A stretch of DNA of 63,693 nucleotides, counting the filler, from Dugesia japonica (taxonomy: Eukaryota): assembly GCA_001938525.1 (NCBI GenBank). It is 6 parts of 6 records of this genome, joined end to end, with 100 filler letters (N's around TTAATTAATTAA, not from the genome) between each part and the next. Parts side by side here need not be neighbours in the genome. Positions count along the whole stretch, not along the records: positions 1 to 8,971 come from MQRL01562503.1; positions 9,072 to 21,058 come from MQRL01511914.1; 4 more parts are not named here. One strand, 5' to 3'. Below the pieces are notes generated by a model. It worked only from the letters and a program-made list of their open reading frames with translations. It was not told the origin of the DNA and made no database searches. Both the position numbers and the translations under genes were made by a program. Positions 1 to 13,050 of this stretch are shown piece after piece. Position 1 is the stretch's first letter; each line of letters opens with the position of its first letter.

Positions 1-2189
1 TTTTTTTATAGATATTCGAATTTTCGACTTCAGGAATATTACTTTTTGATAAATTTTAACGATATTAGAACATGCTTACATAATTGTTTGTTTTTATTAA
101 AATATTGTTGGATCATTTTAATCCAATTTCAATTAAATTAAAATTTTTAAATGTTATACCATTAAATTGTTTTTTTAAAAGGTTTTTAAAATTATTTCAA
201 TTTATAAAAGTTTATTTTAATTATAATTATTATAACATTAATTATAACATTTGTTCATGTTTCTTCTTTTTTCTAATGTTGCTCATGTTAAATGATGTTT
301 TTCTGGTAAAATATTATGTTTGTGTTGAAAGTGTTTGAAGACTNNNNNNNNNNNNNNNNNNNNNNNNNNNNNNNNNNNNNNNNNNNNNNNNNNNNNNNNN
401 NNNNNNNNNNNNNNNNNNNNNNNNNNNNNNNNNNNNNNNNNNNNNNNNNNNNNNNNNNNNNNNNNNNNNNNNNNNNNNNNNNNNNNNNNNNNNNNNNNNN
501 NNNNNNNNNNNNNNNNNNNNNNNNNNNNNNNNNNNNNNNNNNNNNNNNNNNNNNNNNNNNNNNNNNNNNGAATAATTAAATTTTATTCAAATAATGATTT
601 AAACAAACTAACAAAAAAATTTAATATAATTTAAGAATAGTTTGAAAAAACTGAAGAAATAATTTTATTCATTTTAAACACATTGTTTAAATTCCGACTA
701 TTTAAAAATAAATAAATGTAACAAAATATTCTATTCGTTTTCATTATAATACTTTGTTATACTAAGCTTGTGAATTATTAATACAGTTATTATATTTACA
801 ACTAAAAACCTTTTTCTATGATTGGTTTTAATAAAGAATAAAAAATACAATTAAACTTTNNAAAAAAAAATATTTTAAAAAAAATAATCAACAAATAATT
901 CTAATAAAAAATTAAAAAAATTTTCCACTGGAAAACTATTCCAGATCAAAGAAATATTGTAATTCCTCCGCTTGACTTTTTATTTTCTAAACCTAGTGAA
1001 TTTTATTTTTTTTTCACTTCTCAAATAAATTCGTGCTTTATAAATTGATACATACTAATATCAATGGGAAAAAATTATTGAAAAGAACAAAAATCAGAAA
1101 AAAAAAACAAAAAAAAATAAATAATAAATCATTTCATAGTTATGAAAACATTTTTAATTATTGTCAATTATTTCACTCATAGATATTTAATAAATTAATT
1201 ATTAAAATATTACAATAAATACAAATAATATTTTCGCAACATTTTTCCAAAAAAAAAAAAAAAATTAGAAAAATTCCATTAAATTCTAAATGTAATGTAA
1301 CGATTGAGATTTTTATTTTTCGGCTTTTGATATATATTTAATATTTAAATAAATATTTCTTTCAATTTTTTTTTAATAAAAAAAAAGAATTGCGAATAGA
1401 TACACATACACTTGTCCAGTAGACTAATTTCGTAATAAATGATTGTGTTAATTTATTGTGTTTACCAACAAAGAAGAACTAACACTTAAACTTTCTCACC
1501 TCATCCTTAGAAGAAGCTACCAGTTTTTTTTCTATAATCACACAATGGTTGAATATTTGTAACAATTTATTAATATATTGAAAATAAAGGCAATATTGTT
1601 AAACTAAACTTAATCGTCAAAGCAAATAGTTATTTGGATGAGATACAATTTTTCATTTAATTCAATGTAACATATTTTCGCTCATTTGCTGCCTGGTTGT
1701 AAAGCATGTACCCATTTACAGGTATTGGAGCAAAACACATATTAATGTCTGCTTCATTGTTCATTAATTATTACGGTTTCAATTACATATGGGGTTTGGT
1801 TTGTTGGCTTCTTTTAATGTAGAAATTGCATTCAATTTCGTCTATAAATATTTATTAATTTTATTGAGGAAGGGGGAAAGTTTCCAATAAAATATTACCG
1901 AATTGTTGTTGTTTTTTTTTTAAAAAAAATGTTTTAATTATTATTGAAAAATTCTATAAATTTTCCATCTCGTTTAGAAGATGTAAAGAAAAATTAATTA
2001 TTAATTTTTATTATTGAAGTTAAAAAAATTAAATTGGATTTAAAATATTTTTATGAATTTCATTGGGAAAATGAGTAAAAAAAAATAAAATTCATATTAG
2101 TACTTATTCCTTAGAGTTAATAATCATATATGAAATTTATAATGAATATATGAAATAAAGCAATTAATTCTTTAATTTAGAGGCCAAAA

Positions 2190-2800
2190 GTTAACAATGT
2201 GCTGAAGAATTGAGTCAAAAGGATTCAAATTATGTATACGTTCCCGCCACATGTATTCACACATAACAATCAATCATAGCTCTGTTTGTTGAGCAGTGTC
2301 GCTTATTTCTTCTGACACATTTCTTAGCAATCATAGTTCAGTAATTATTTAACATTTTGTTGTAGTAGGAGTTCTCAAATTGTACCATAAGATTTTTTAG
2401 GATTTGATGATTATTACTAATTTTGTATACCAGAGCTGTGTAATCTTCAGACGTGGAAAAGTTTTGTTGAAATATTACAAATAAAAAATCCTAATTTTTC
2501 AGCTAGCATAAAAATTTTTTTAAAAAGTGACACAGATGTTTCAATTAAAGTAATCGCCATGGTTTTTGATAATTTTAAGCTATTTTACAGAAATATAAGC
2601 CATCTGGAAAAATTTCTGACGAGAAAATCGTCAAACAATTTTCAAATGGTATTTTTTATTGTAAGTGTGTATCGTACAAGGCTTGCTGAATCTATTGGAA
2701 CAAATGACAATCAGTTAGGATAATGTCTGATGAATATGTTGAGTGCTCCAAGATTCTCTAGCCAAGCTTCATTATGGTGTCCTTTGTATTTGAATTTGCT
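2190..2800 (+). pseudogene. Degenerate hAT (ZMYM1/Tip100-like) transposase fragment
   Basis: Broken frames give, in order, YVYVP..C.H, EILQ..NFSASIK, KWYF, LLNLLEQM, SKIL*PSFIMVSFVFEF. This matches the order of the hAT CxxH / FSxSxKR / TRW / FI motifs. Many stops and frameshifts. Confidence 0.4.
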
Positions 2801-3110
2801 NNNNNNNNNNNNNNNNNNNNNNNNNNNNNNNNNNNNNNNNNNNNNNNNNNNNNNNNNNNNNNNNNNNNNNNNNNNNNNNNNNNNNNNNNNNNNNNNNNNN
2901 NNNNNNNNNNNNNNNNNNNNNNNNNNNNNNNNNNNNNNNNNNNNNNNNNNNNNNNNNNNNNNNNNNNNNNNNNNNNNNNNNNNNNNNNNNNNNNNNNNNN
3001 NNNNNNNNNNNNNNNNNNNNNNNNNNNNNNNNNNNNNNNNNNNNNNNNNNNNNNNNNNNNNNNNNNNNNNNNNNNNNNNNNNNNNNNNNNNNNNNNNNNN
3101 NNNNNNNNNN

Positions 3111-3175
<65 letters not shown>
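3111..3175. repeat. (ATT)n microsatellite at a gap edge
   Basis: Pure TTA repeat. Similar tracts at about 14828-14949, 21393-21459, 21591-21655, 54951-55016 and 55911-55980. Confidence 0.95.
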
Positions 3176-3364
3176 GTAAGATGAATTTGAAGCACTCATC
3201 AGATAATTAATGTCCAAACTCGTTTCCATAAAAGATTTATTCAAAAAACAAAACTATAAATATAAATTTGTTTTTTTCAAACAAATGTTAAAAATTAATA
3301 TTCGAAACAGAAAATATCAAATATCAGCATTTTTTTTAAAATATTTTATTTAAAATTTTACTAA

Positions 3365-3571
3365 TGTAACATTTTAAAAATACAGTAAAAAACCTATTTT
3401 ATTGACAATTCGAAATTTGATAATTTTACAAGTTATAACAAAATTACAAACATTTTAATACACATTGGAAATTAAAATTTTATATTCAACACGAATTATA
3501 AATTTAACATTCCCTAGTTATACAAAATTAAATTTTAAAAATTTAAATCTGCTTTTAAAAACTATCTTACA
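3365..3571 (-). repeat. 3' LTR of Gypsy element (207 bp)
   Basis: TGTAA...TTACA termini. Directly preceded on the minus strand by a polypurine tract AAAGAGAGA (3572-3580) at the end of pol. Confidence 0.75.
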
Positions 3572-3579
3572 TCTCTCTT

Positions 3580-5820
3580 TGTTAAGAATTTTTTTGATTT
3601 TTTCTACGTTTCTTTCAAGAATTTTTCTGTTTGTATCTTCCAGGATGTAACATCTGTCGTGAAATTTCCTATTGATCTTATAAGGTGCTTCATAACGATC
3701 TTGGTTCTTGTTTCAACTTTCACTAAGACTTCATCACCGACCTCGAATTGTCTCTTGGTTAGTGTTAGGAGTTTAAAATGAAACTCTTATTTGTAAATCA
3801 TCCATATTTTGTCGCTTTTTGTTCTGACTATCCATTTTTTATAATACATTCTAAACTTCTGCCTTCGCTTATGTTCCTTATTATATTCTTTATTTCAACA
3901 TTATCCTCCTACCATTTGAACTCCGTATTCGTTGTCATCGTACACAGTCTTCGTGTTTTAATCTTACCCGTCATCGTCTCTTTATGCTGCATTTCACATT
4001 GTACACAAGTTTCGCACTCCATTCTAGATAACATGTCNGCATTGGAATGTGCTTCTCCTTTTCTGTATTAAATGCCCATATCTAAACTATTTAAGTAGTT
4101 TATCCACTTCTGAAACTGCGCTGTTATTGGTTTCTCTGTCTTTATCAAGAAGGTTATCGCCTTATGATCAGTTCGTAGGATGAATCGTCTACAGTATAGA
4201 TAATGTCGGAAACTATTACAAAAGAAATATATTGCCAACAATTCTTTCCTGGTTATGCAATATCNTTTTTCATGCGCGTTCATTGCATGGGACCCGTATG
4301 CAATGAGAGACCGTTCTTATCCAGTTGTGATAGTACAGCCCCAATGCTGTTAAAACTTCCATCAGTGTCTAATATGAAACCTTTATTTCTGTCTGGAAAA
4401 CCTAGCACTGATGTTTTTATTAAAACCTGTTTCAATTCTTGAAATGCCTCGTTGCATATCGGTGTCCATATTAGCTTGTCTTTGTTTCTACCACAAAATT
4501 ATTCTAATGCTTTGGTTTTTGCAGAATATCCCTTGATGAATTTTTGGTATTAGTTACACATACCTAGAAAGCTTCTGACTTGTTTTGTACATTTTGGCNT
4601 CTCGAAGTTCTGCATACTTTCTATTTTTGTAGGATCTGTTCGGATGCCATTTTCGTCCAAGATATGTCCTAAAAACGTTACCTCTTTCCGCAGTAGACTG
4701 CATTTCTTGTGGTTGATACATAATCCAGCGTTTACTAATTCTTTCAATACAGTGTCCAGTGTCTTGAAATGGTCTGTGGCATAATCGGAATAAATTAAAA
4801 TATCATCCATATACATCATAGCTCTATGTGTGCTCCCCAGTGTATTTGTCATCAATTCCTGGAATAAACCTGGCGCTGCTGCAATTCCAAACGGCATCCT
4901 TGTGAAATAGTATTGACCTTTTTTTGCTTGAGAACGCTGTTTTTTTCCTGTGACGATTCCTCCAATTAACCTGATAATACGCATTGCCTAGGTCAATTGT
5001 GCTGAAATAAACAGGCTCCATTTAATCTATCTAGCAGTTCCTCTGTGTTTGGCATTGGATATGCTTGTTTCTCCGATATTTGGTTCAGCTGGCGAAAGTC
5101 TAAACATAATCTCTGCTTTTTCTTTACTTTATTCCATATGCAAACTAGTGGCATATTCCATTTTGAATTACATTTCCTGGTGATGCCGTTCTCTTCTAAG
5201 TTATGTAAGGTTTTTTCAATTTCGTCTTTTAAGTTCATCGGTTGACGCCATGGCCTTATGTTGATTGGCTCTCCTTTTGTTATTATTTTATACTTCACGA
5301 GCATAGTACATCCAATATCCTAATCGTCAGCCATGAAGGCTCGTCTATTAGCTACTATTATCTTTCGTGTTTCCTTGTTTGGTTGAATTATTTTTATGGC
5401 CTGCTGCTTCCGTTCTTCGTCCGATATGACTCTTCCAAATGTGTGTCTCATTTTCGTCACTTAATCTTCTTTGTAACTCAAAGCCTAATTGCTGTTGTAG
5501 CTCAATTCCTCCTATGATATCTGGACACCCCTGTTTTGCTACTGTAAATTAAATCATTTCTCTTTGTTGTCCAATAAATGTCTCAACCACCACCGGTTCT
5601 AACGTTTCCAGTATCGTATTGTTAGCACATCGTAATTTTACATCTGCTTTCTGTATTACTATATTGCTCAGTTCCTTAAAAACTCTGTCACTCATCACGT
5701 TAATATTTGCTCCTGTGTCCAACAGACAATTGAATGGCTTATCTTGAATTTCCATCTCGATACTGGGCCTACCTTGCATTCAATCATATGATATCTGTAC
5801 TCCTTTCCATTCTTTAACTG
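3580..5820 (-). pseudogene. Gypsy pol (PR, RT, RNase H, integrase C-terminal tail)
   Basis: ORF pieces 5549-5779, 4993-5304, 4550-4984 and 4068-4283 carry canonical motifs in Gypsy order. Confidence 0.9.
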
Positions 5821-5942
5821 TCATTATTTCTCCTTCTCGATTTTTATCCTCGCTGTTTCTCTTTTATTTCTATCTTTTCTTACACTGCAGTTTCCGGTAC
5901 TCACCACGCGGCCTTTATTGCGAGTAACATTTTCCATTGTGT

Positions 5943-7053
5943 TTAGTAAAAGGCTCTTATCATCTCGTCTTCTAACGGAGCCCACCCATTTGGNTGCCTA
6001 TTTTCATTATATTCGCTTCCCGATCTGTCGTCAACATCGTATTCGTATATTTCTCTGGTAGGTGATTCGTCTCTGACCGCGTCTATGATATTTCTCCCAT
6101 TGTTCCGTCTTGATGTATCGTTCTGTGTCAACCTTTTATTGTTCGACCCTCTTTTATCATCCCATTTTCCTCTATCATACTCAGCCTGTCTTTTTATTGG
6201 TTGAATCCTTCCACCTGACGTTCTACATTCATTTGCTCGATGTCCATTAAGTGTACACTTTTGGCATTTTATCTTCGTGTAAAAACGGCTTATGTATTCG
6301 GTCGATCCATATACGAAACATTTTCTTATTGGTGTTGATGGGCAGTCTTTTCTTATATGCCCCGGCTTATTGTAACCGTAACATAATATATCCTTTTGTT
6401 TATTGTCCATCAACCTTGAATTTCTGCTTGTCTGGTAATCCTCTCGTCCTTTGAAATTATTGTATTGTTGGTTATTGTTCATTAGGGCTCCTCTGTAACT
6501 GAGATGGATTGCATTTATTGACTCTTTATCCTAAATTCTATCAATGCTTCGTATAAGCGTAATAATGCCGCCTGAATCTTTAATGTTTTGGATTGCTACA
6601 TTTTTCTTAATTTCGCCGCTATTACAACAATGCATAAGAAGTTCTTTCCTCATTTCTTGTATGCCATCAGTAATCAACCATCTTGTCAATTTATTCCACA
6701 AAGCTGTGAACATCCTCTTCTTGTCGTCTGTATGACAATACGCTTTCAATATCCTTTACAAATGACTTTTCCTTGACGAATAAACGTCTTAGTCTATCTT
6801 CGTAACCAAGTCCATCATCGGTTTTTTCGAATCTTCTCCTCAATTTATCATCAAGTAGGCCTACAATTACCAGTTCTCTGGCACTTTTGAATACGTTTGC
6901 TGCATCGAAATACTTTCGGCATCCGATTATAAACTTATCAACGTCATCTCCTTTATGATATGTTTTTGGCCTCTAAGCTTGTACGAGCAGGTCCTTTGTC
7001 GCACTTGCGTGGAATGCCATGTTAGCCGCTGCTATACTTTCTGCAATTTCCAT
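5943..7053 (-). pseudogene. Gypsy gag with zinc knuckles (disrupted)
   Basis: ORF pieces 6531-6749 and 5943-6482 plus upstream MEIAESIAAAN; CCHC motifs. Confidence 0.8.
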
Positions 7054-7249
7054 CTATAAATATTTATTAATAAGTTACAATTAAGTCTAGTGAAAAATTT
7101 ATTCTAACAAAATAGCAATATTAAAGCAACTAATTGTTTTAATTATTTTTTTAAATTTAAATTGCTTCAATTATTATTAAATAAAATTTTTATGAAACTT
7201 TTCATAAAGTTTTTATGTATTATATTAAAACATCCTAACAACCGTTGCT

Positions 7250-8218
7250 ACCTTTTCTGCTACAGCATGACATAATATATTTTTTATCCTCATTATAACC
7301 TCTTCTATTTTATCATCAGGTATCCATATTCCTTCATTATTTTCTACAAAATTTGCCTTGCTTCTCTTGGATATCTACTGTATTTAACATCCTTGTTTTT
7401 AATTTTCCACTCTTGGGATCTTCATGTAAAATTAGACATTATGTACCTGTATCACATTTACTCCTTGACAACATATCCGCATTTGTATGAAGCGATCATT
7501 TTCTGTATTCCAATTTTATATCTAAACTGCTCAAATAATTAATCCAAGTTTGAAACTGTGATGTAATCAGTTTCTTGGTATTTAGCACAAAAGTGATAGG
7601 TTTATGATCTGTTTTAAGTATAAATCTCTTACCATATAAGTAATGTTTGAAATAAATACAAAAGTAGTAAATTTCGAGTAATTCTTTCTGCGTATTACAA
7701 TAACCTTTCTCATGACTCGTCATTGCGTGTGACCCATTCGTTTTCTGCCAATTGTTGTCTTTTTGAGATAGTACTGCACCAATTGTTTCAAAACTCGCCT
7801 TCGTGTTCAATATTAGTTCTCTATTTATACCTGGAAAACATAATATTAGAAACACCATTAGTGGTTCTTTCATTCCATTAAAAATTCTTCTAATTCAATC
7901 AATCTTCTTGTTACTCGGTCCGCTACACAGTTGTTCCATCAATCTAGCGTTTTTCGAATAATCTTTAATAAATTTGCGGTAGTAATTGTAAATTCCCAGA
8001 AAGCTTCTGATCTTCTTAACGCATTTTGGTTTACCAAAGTTTTTAATTGCTTCTATTTTAGTTGCATCTGTATTGACATTTTCTTTACTGATAATGTGCC
8101 ACAAAAATTTGATCTCGTTTCGTAGGAATTGACAATTCTCTGGATTAACTCTTAGACCAGCATTCTTAAATTNTGTCAATACTTTTCTGATTATTTCATA
8201 GTGTTGCTCCTTTTTCAA
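7250..8218 (-). mobile_element. Second Gypsy pol fragment (RT thumb to RNase H), related family
   Basis: KIRSFLGIYNYYRKFI, ASFETIGAVLSQ, ELLEIYYFC..FKHYLYGKRFILKTDHKP. Confidence 0.88.
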
Positions 8219-8221
8219 TAA

Positions 8222-8502
8222 TGAAAAATTTTAAAAATACATTAAAAACATTAATTTTATTGACAATCCGAAATTTGATAATTTTACAAGTTTTAACAAA
8301 TTTATAAAAATTTTAATACACATTTAAATTAAAATTTTATATTCAACACAAATTATAAATTTCATATTCCCTAGTTGTAGAAAATTAAATTTTACAAATT
8401 TATTTTAAAAATAATTTTTATGATACAAATTTAAATATTTAACAAATCTGATTTCAATAAATACAAAAAATACAAAAAAATTAAATCTGCTTTTAAAAAC
8501 TA
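8222..8502 (-). repeat. Diverged copy of the 3365-3571 LTR with a ~80-bp insertion
   Basis: Colinear direct repeat, e.g. TTATTGACAAT.CGAAATTTGATAATTTTACAAGTT, ATTCCCTAGTT, TTAAATCTGCTTTTAAAAACTA. Confidence 0.8.
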
Positions 8503-8971
8503 AAATACTTAAAATTCTTAAAAATAGAATTTCAAAATTTTACCAGTACTTGCTATTAATTAAAGTTAGTTTCCATTAAAAAAATTTTTTTCCTATCGAA
8601 TAAAGCATTTTTACAAAAAAAGAATCGTATTATTTTCATAACAAAAGCTGTAATAATAGCACCGGAAATAAATGTAATTTGACAGATAGTTGATAGAATT
8701 ACTATTCTAAAATCTGCCACATTCTTACAATAGATTTGCATTATTTGTTTACATTGAAATCAAAAAAGTAATTTGTATCACTAAATAAAAAGCTTTTTTA
8801 TTTCCTTTCTTTTATTCAAATCCGAATTAGATTCCATTGATTTTTCTGAAAATTTTCTTTTTTAGAAATTATAATTGTAGAAAGAAATATTTGGTAAGAA
8901 ATTTTTAAAATTTATGATATTATTATTATCTTTTATCTATAATCTATTATTATTATTACTATTATTATTAT

Positions 8972-9071
8972 NNNNNNNNNNNNNNNNNNNNNNNNNNNNN
9001 NNNNNNNNNNNNNNNTTAATTAATTAANNNNNNNNNNNNNNNNNNNNNNNNNNNNNNNNNNNNNNNNNNNN
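8972..9071. other. Artificial scaffold linker 44N-TTAATTAATTAA-44N
   Basis: Exactly 100 bp; the 12-mer gives stop codons in all six frames; the same structure occurs five times. Confidence 0.97.
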
Positions 9072-10312
9072 AAATCATCACAAGTGGTGAACCAATCAAT
9101 GTAAAATCGTATAGACAACCAATAAATTTAGAGTCTTAAATTGAAAAAGCTATCCTAAACCTTTTTGAGAATAATATTATCCGGGAAATTAACTCTCCAT
9201 AGAATACCCAATTAATCTGTGTTTGGAAAAAGGAAAAGAAAGACATATGAATATGTTTGGATTTCAGGCAATTAAATGCAGTAACAAAAAGACAAGCCTT
9301 TCCTATGCCTAATGTCGATGAAATGCTGGACAAGTTAGATGAAGCCAAATATTTCAGTTCTATAGATTTGAGAAATGCATACTATCAGGTTGATCTCGAA
9401 GAAGAATATCAAGAAAAAACGGCGTTTTCAACGAAGCAAGGAAAATATTGTTTTCATAGAATGCCATTTGACATCGCAGAGGCAACAGGGACATTTCAAA
9501 AGATGATGACAAATGTGGTAGGCGGAATCAATGGAGCCATGGTTTATCCTGATGACATTCTGATATTTACGAACAATGAAGATCAGCATTATGAAGTAAT
9601 TGACATATTATTGATGGAAATAATGAAGGCTAGCCTAAGAATTAATTTGGAAACGTGTCAGTTTCTTCATAGCGAAATAAAGTTTCTTGGACACATAATG
9701 AGCAGGGATGGTGTTAGAACTGATCTGTCTAAAATAGAAGCTATAATAACTTTTGGCAAACCTAACTGTGTGAATGAAGTTACGAAGTTTCTTGGGAATT
9801 TGAAATTATTACTGAAAGTTTAAAGAAAACTACACAAGAAAATCAAAGATATTAGAACAGCTGTGTAGCGGACCAAGCAACAAGAAATTATAATGGACAG
9901 ATGAAAAAAACGAAATTTGAGGGTCTGAAAAAATCCCTAATGACTGCATCAATATTGTGTTTTATGGACTTAAACAAAGAATTTGTATTTGATACGGATG
10001 CCAACTTCGATACGATTGGAGCAGTATTGTTACAGAGAAATAAAGAAGGAAGCAACAGAAAAGGGCTACTGCATTACACGAAAGGAGTTATTAACAGTTT
10101 ATTATTTCTGTATCCATTTTAACCATTACTTGCACGGTAGAAGATTTATTCTTAGAACAGATCACAAAGCTCTAACTTTCATGATGACAACAAAAAAACC
10201 AATTACGTCACAATTCCAGATACGAATTAATTATCCGAGCAGTTTAGACATGGTTTTGGAATATAGAAAATGAATTCAACATGCTAATGTAGATATGTTA
10301 TCTAGACCAAGA
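9072..10312 (+). mobile_element. Degenerate Gypsy pol (RT and RNase H)
   Basis: LDFRQLN, IDLRNAYYQV, KTAFST, MPF, YPDD (mutated YxDD), DTDA, ELL..YFC.HF.HYL.GRRF.LRTDHKA. Confidence 0.9.
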
Positions 10313-10372
10313 TGGTTATACCAAAATGGTATAACTGTATAAATAAAATAGGTAATTTTTTAATATTATATA

Positions 10373-11110
10373 AAATGGCAAAATTTTAAAGATTTGTAGT
10401 TGATTCGATTACTGATGATAGTGTTGTTAAACATCAAAAAAAAGCCAAATGTGAAGAAAATTTATAGAAAAAAGAGGAAACAACCGCATAAGAAATTGGC
10501 ACATAAGAAGCAACTAGTATGTATGTGTGATTGAAATAAAAATGAAATCAGAAAGAAGTATTCCGATTTTTACCGCCTTGATTAAATCATCAAAATATTC
10601 AAGTATGAAAATTTTGCAATCATTTCCACCGTATGTTATAGATGATTTACTTGGAATTATTGTACCTATTGTTAGTGATAATGAAGTTTTGAGTGAAGCT
10701 AAAAAAGACGCATTAAAGAAATATTTTTTAAAAAAACCTTGTTAACGCTTGTAAATACAAGAAAATAGGCAATTGATAAGGCGAGTGATGAATAATCAAG
10801 AAAGTGGCTTTATAGCAGCATTTCTACCAATTTTATTAGCTGCATTAGACTTAACTCATTTCTAATAAATAAATTGCTTCTTTACAGCAACATTACAACC
10901 AGTTCATTTAAATAAACAATGGGTGGGTTTCAATCATTACCTTATGTTTACCTGGAATTCTCATTGAATTTTTGCAATGAAGAAACTGAAGAAAATATTG
11001 ACGGATCTAAAATACCCAGAAGAGTTTGAAGCGTAGAAAAATTAATGAAAGAAGCTCAAAAAACCAAAGGAAAGGCGAAAAAACTTAGGAATCTTCGTAC
11101 GAATAACTAA
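10373..11110 (+). mobile_element. Maverick/Polinton relic: small conserved ORF plus integrase N-terminus
   Basis: 10542-10865 reads MKSERS..VIDDLLGI..LSEAKKDALKKY..NQESGFIAAFLPILLAAL with two internal stops, resembling the small Maverick protein that ends in QxGGFLxxLL. From 10977: MKKLKKILTDLKYPEEF..VEKLMKEA, resembling the LxxIYYDPxxPxxFGGVxKL start of Maverick integrase. Confidence 0.65.
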
Positions 11111-12012
11111 ACAGATTAGTAAGTACTCCTGAGAATCTTTTTAAAAATTTACATAGAAGCAAGTTCCTTGGGTGCATCCCAAAAATTATTTGCTATATTT
11201 TTTTGAATTTTGGTTATTTATGATTTTTTATAATTAGTGTTATTATTTAATAAAAGTTTTATGAAATAATTGTCTTAATTTTATTTAATATATTGGTTAT
11301 TTATTATATTATTTATTTATAATAAATAACTGTTACTTAAAAGTAAATTTAAAAATATTAAATTTTTTGTGTCAGAAAATCTTTGTTAGACATTCATCTC
11401 TAAAGAATCTAACATATATATTATTAGGGTAGTAACAGTACATGGTTTATTTTATAAATATATGATTATAAGGAATTAATTAGTTATAAATTACTGTAAT
11501 TATAAAGGAAATTTCATAAATAATTACGAGAAATAGGTTTCAAAAAATATTAAAATACTAAAAATAGATTTAGTAAAACTATTAATTTAAAATAATGACT
11601 GTTAGATTTGAAAATTTATTTAAGTATAAAATATATACGTAAAATACAAAAACGATACTGTATAAATATTTACAGCTTTTGAGTTATTGATTATGTAATA
11701 ATGTTTGAGCACTTCAAATCAAACATACACTTATATATTCAACCATGCGTTCACCAATTATCAAATACAAATATCAATTTGCTATTTCAAATATACAAAT
11801 ATCAATATAGGAATATCATACAATTCAGTCACATTTCATTTAGAACTAGAGCATTGCTATTTATTAATTCTTTCTTAAACCTTCATGTTTTAATAATATA
11901 GTTTAACAATTCTCAAGATTATAAAGCTGTACAAAATATTTTCATATGTTATTTATTATACCAATTTCATACAGTTAACTTTTTGAAATATCATTTTTAT
12001 AAATAATTAAAT

Positions 12013-12495
12013 CAGTGTTCAGCAAGTTTAAGTTCTTTAAAGGCCACTCTTAAAATGATAAGCCACGAACGGCCGCAACTATTTTAGATTAAAAGAAATT
12101 GATATTTTTTATTGATGACCAGATTATGACAGAATAAAATAAAGTAAATTTAGTGTAAAGTTAATAAAATGGACACATACGCAGATTAATGCACAATTCA
12201 TGAAATATATTTCATTAATTCGATTTATGTGCTTGAATTTTCAAATTCTTTAAGTTAAGTTTATTGTGTTAATATATTTTGAATCATTCAATGCCACACT
12301 ACAATTATGTATAAAATTTGTACTAAATTTCCTAGATAATAAAAATAGAGCGTAAAAGTTACTTCCAACTTAACAATAATCGTATGCAGTCTCTATCGGC
12401 TGCATACTAGATAAGAATAAAGAGTTTTCCACCGGCCACATAAAACCTCATTATCGGCCTCATTTGGCTAAAAAATCCTAGTTTGCGGAACACTG
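12013..12495. mobile_element. hAT-type MITE (483 bp)
   Basis: TIR CAGTGTTC(A/C)GCAA...TTGCGGAACACTG; degenerate 8-bp TSD AATTAAAT/ATTTAAAG; subterminal GGCC motifs. Confidence 0.75.
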
Positions 12496-13050
12496 ATTTA
12501 AAGTATTTAAAAGTCTGTTTTTAAAAATCCCCTTTTGTGAATTATTACAGAAAAACCTATTAACAAGTGGATTGTATTTCTCTCAAATAATTTTAAATTA
12601 TTTTTTTAACTTTTTAAATGNNNNNNNNNNNNNNNNNNNNNNNNNNNNNNNNNNNNNNNNNNNNNNNNNNNNNNNNTCTCAAATTTTTATGTAAAATAAT
12701 ATAAAAAATTTATTTATAAATAATAAAAAGATTTATAAAATCATTAATATATTAAAATTTAAAATTAAAACTTTTTATTTAATTTTATTCATTTAACAAA
12801 ATGTAGATTTAATTTTGTTTTATCACATTAAAACTTGTTACTTTCCCTGTGATAAAGGTTGTCAAGATTTTGATTACCTATAATCGTTAGTTGCTTTCAA
12901 TTATCGTGCTTACAGCTGATTTGTCATAGAAACTATTTTTGAAATGTCATTAATTTTTTATCTTTTACTGTAAAATGCGTTTACTCAATAATATATTATT
13001 CTTAATGAGATATAAAGTGAGTTTAATTAAATAGATTTTTTAAATTGTAG

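Larger units (their letters stand above)
3365..7053 (-). mobile_element. Degenerate Ty3/Gypsy LTR retrotransposon (gag-PR-RT-RH, integrase mostly deleted)
   Basis: gag from ATG at 7053 with CCHC knuckles (CYGYNKPGHIRKDC, CQKCTLNGHRANEC); protease LLDTGA; RT RLCLDFRQLN, MPFG, YMDD; RNase H ELLAI..F..YLY.RRF.LRTDHKA. Frameshifts and stops throughout. Confidence 0.93.

Noticed and set aside
316-634. ORFs made mostly of X (also 2711-3244, 21371-21673, 25536-25904, 28245-28984, 34121-34400, 52521-52822)
   Set aside because: Artefacts of translating N gaps and (ATT)n tracts.
9016-9027. TTAATTAATTAA recurring about every 8-14 kb as a possible biological repeat or CRISPR-like array
   Set aside because: Always centred in exactly 44+44 Ns, so it is a synthetic linker.
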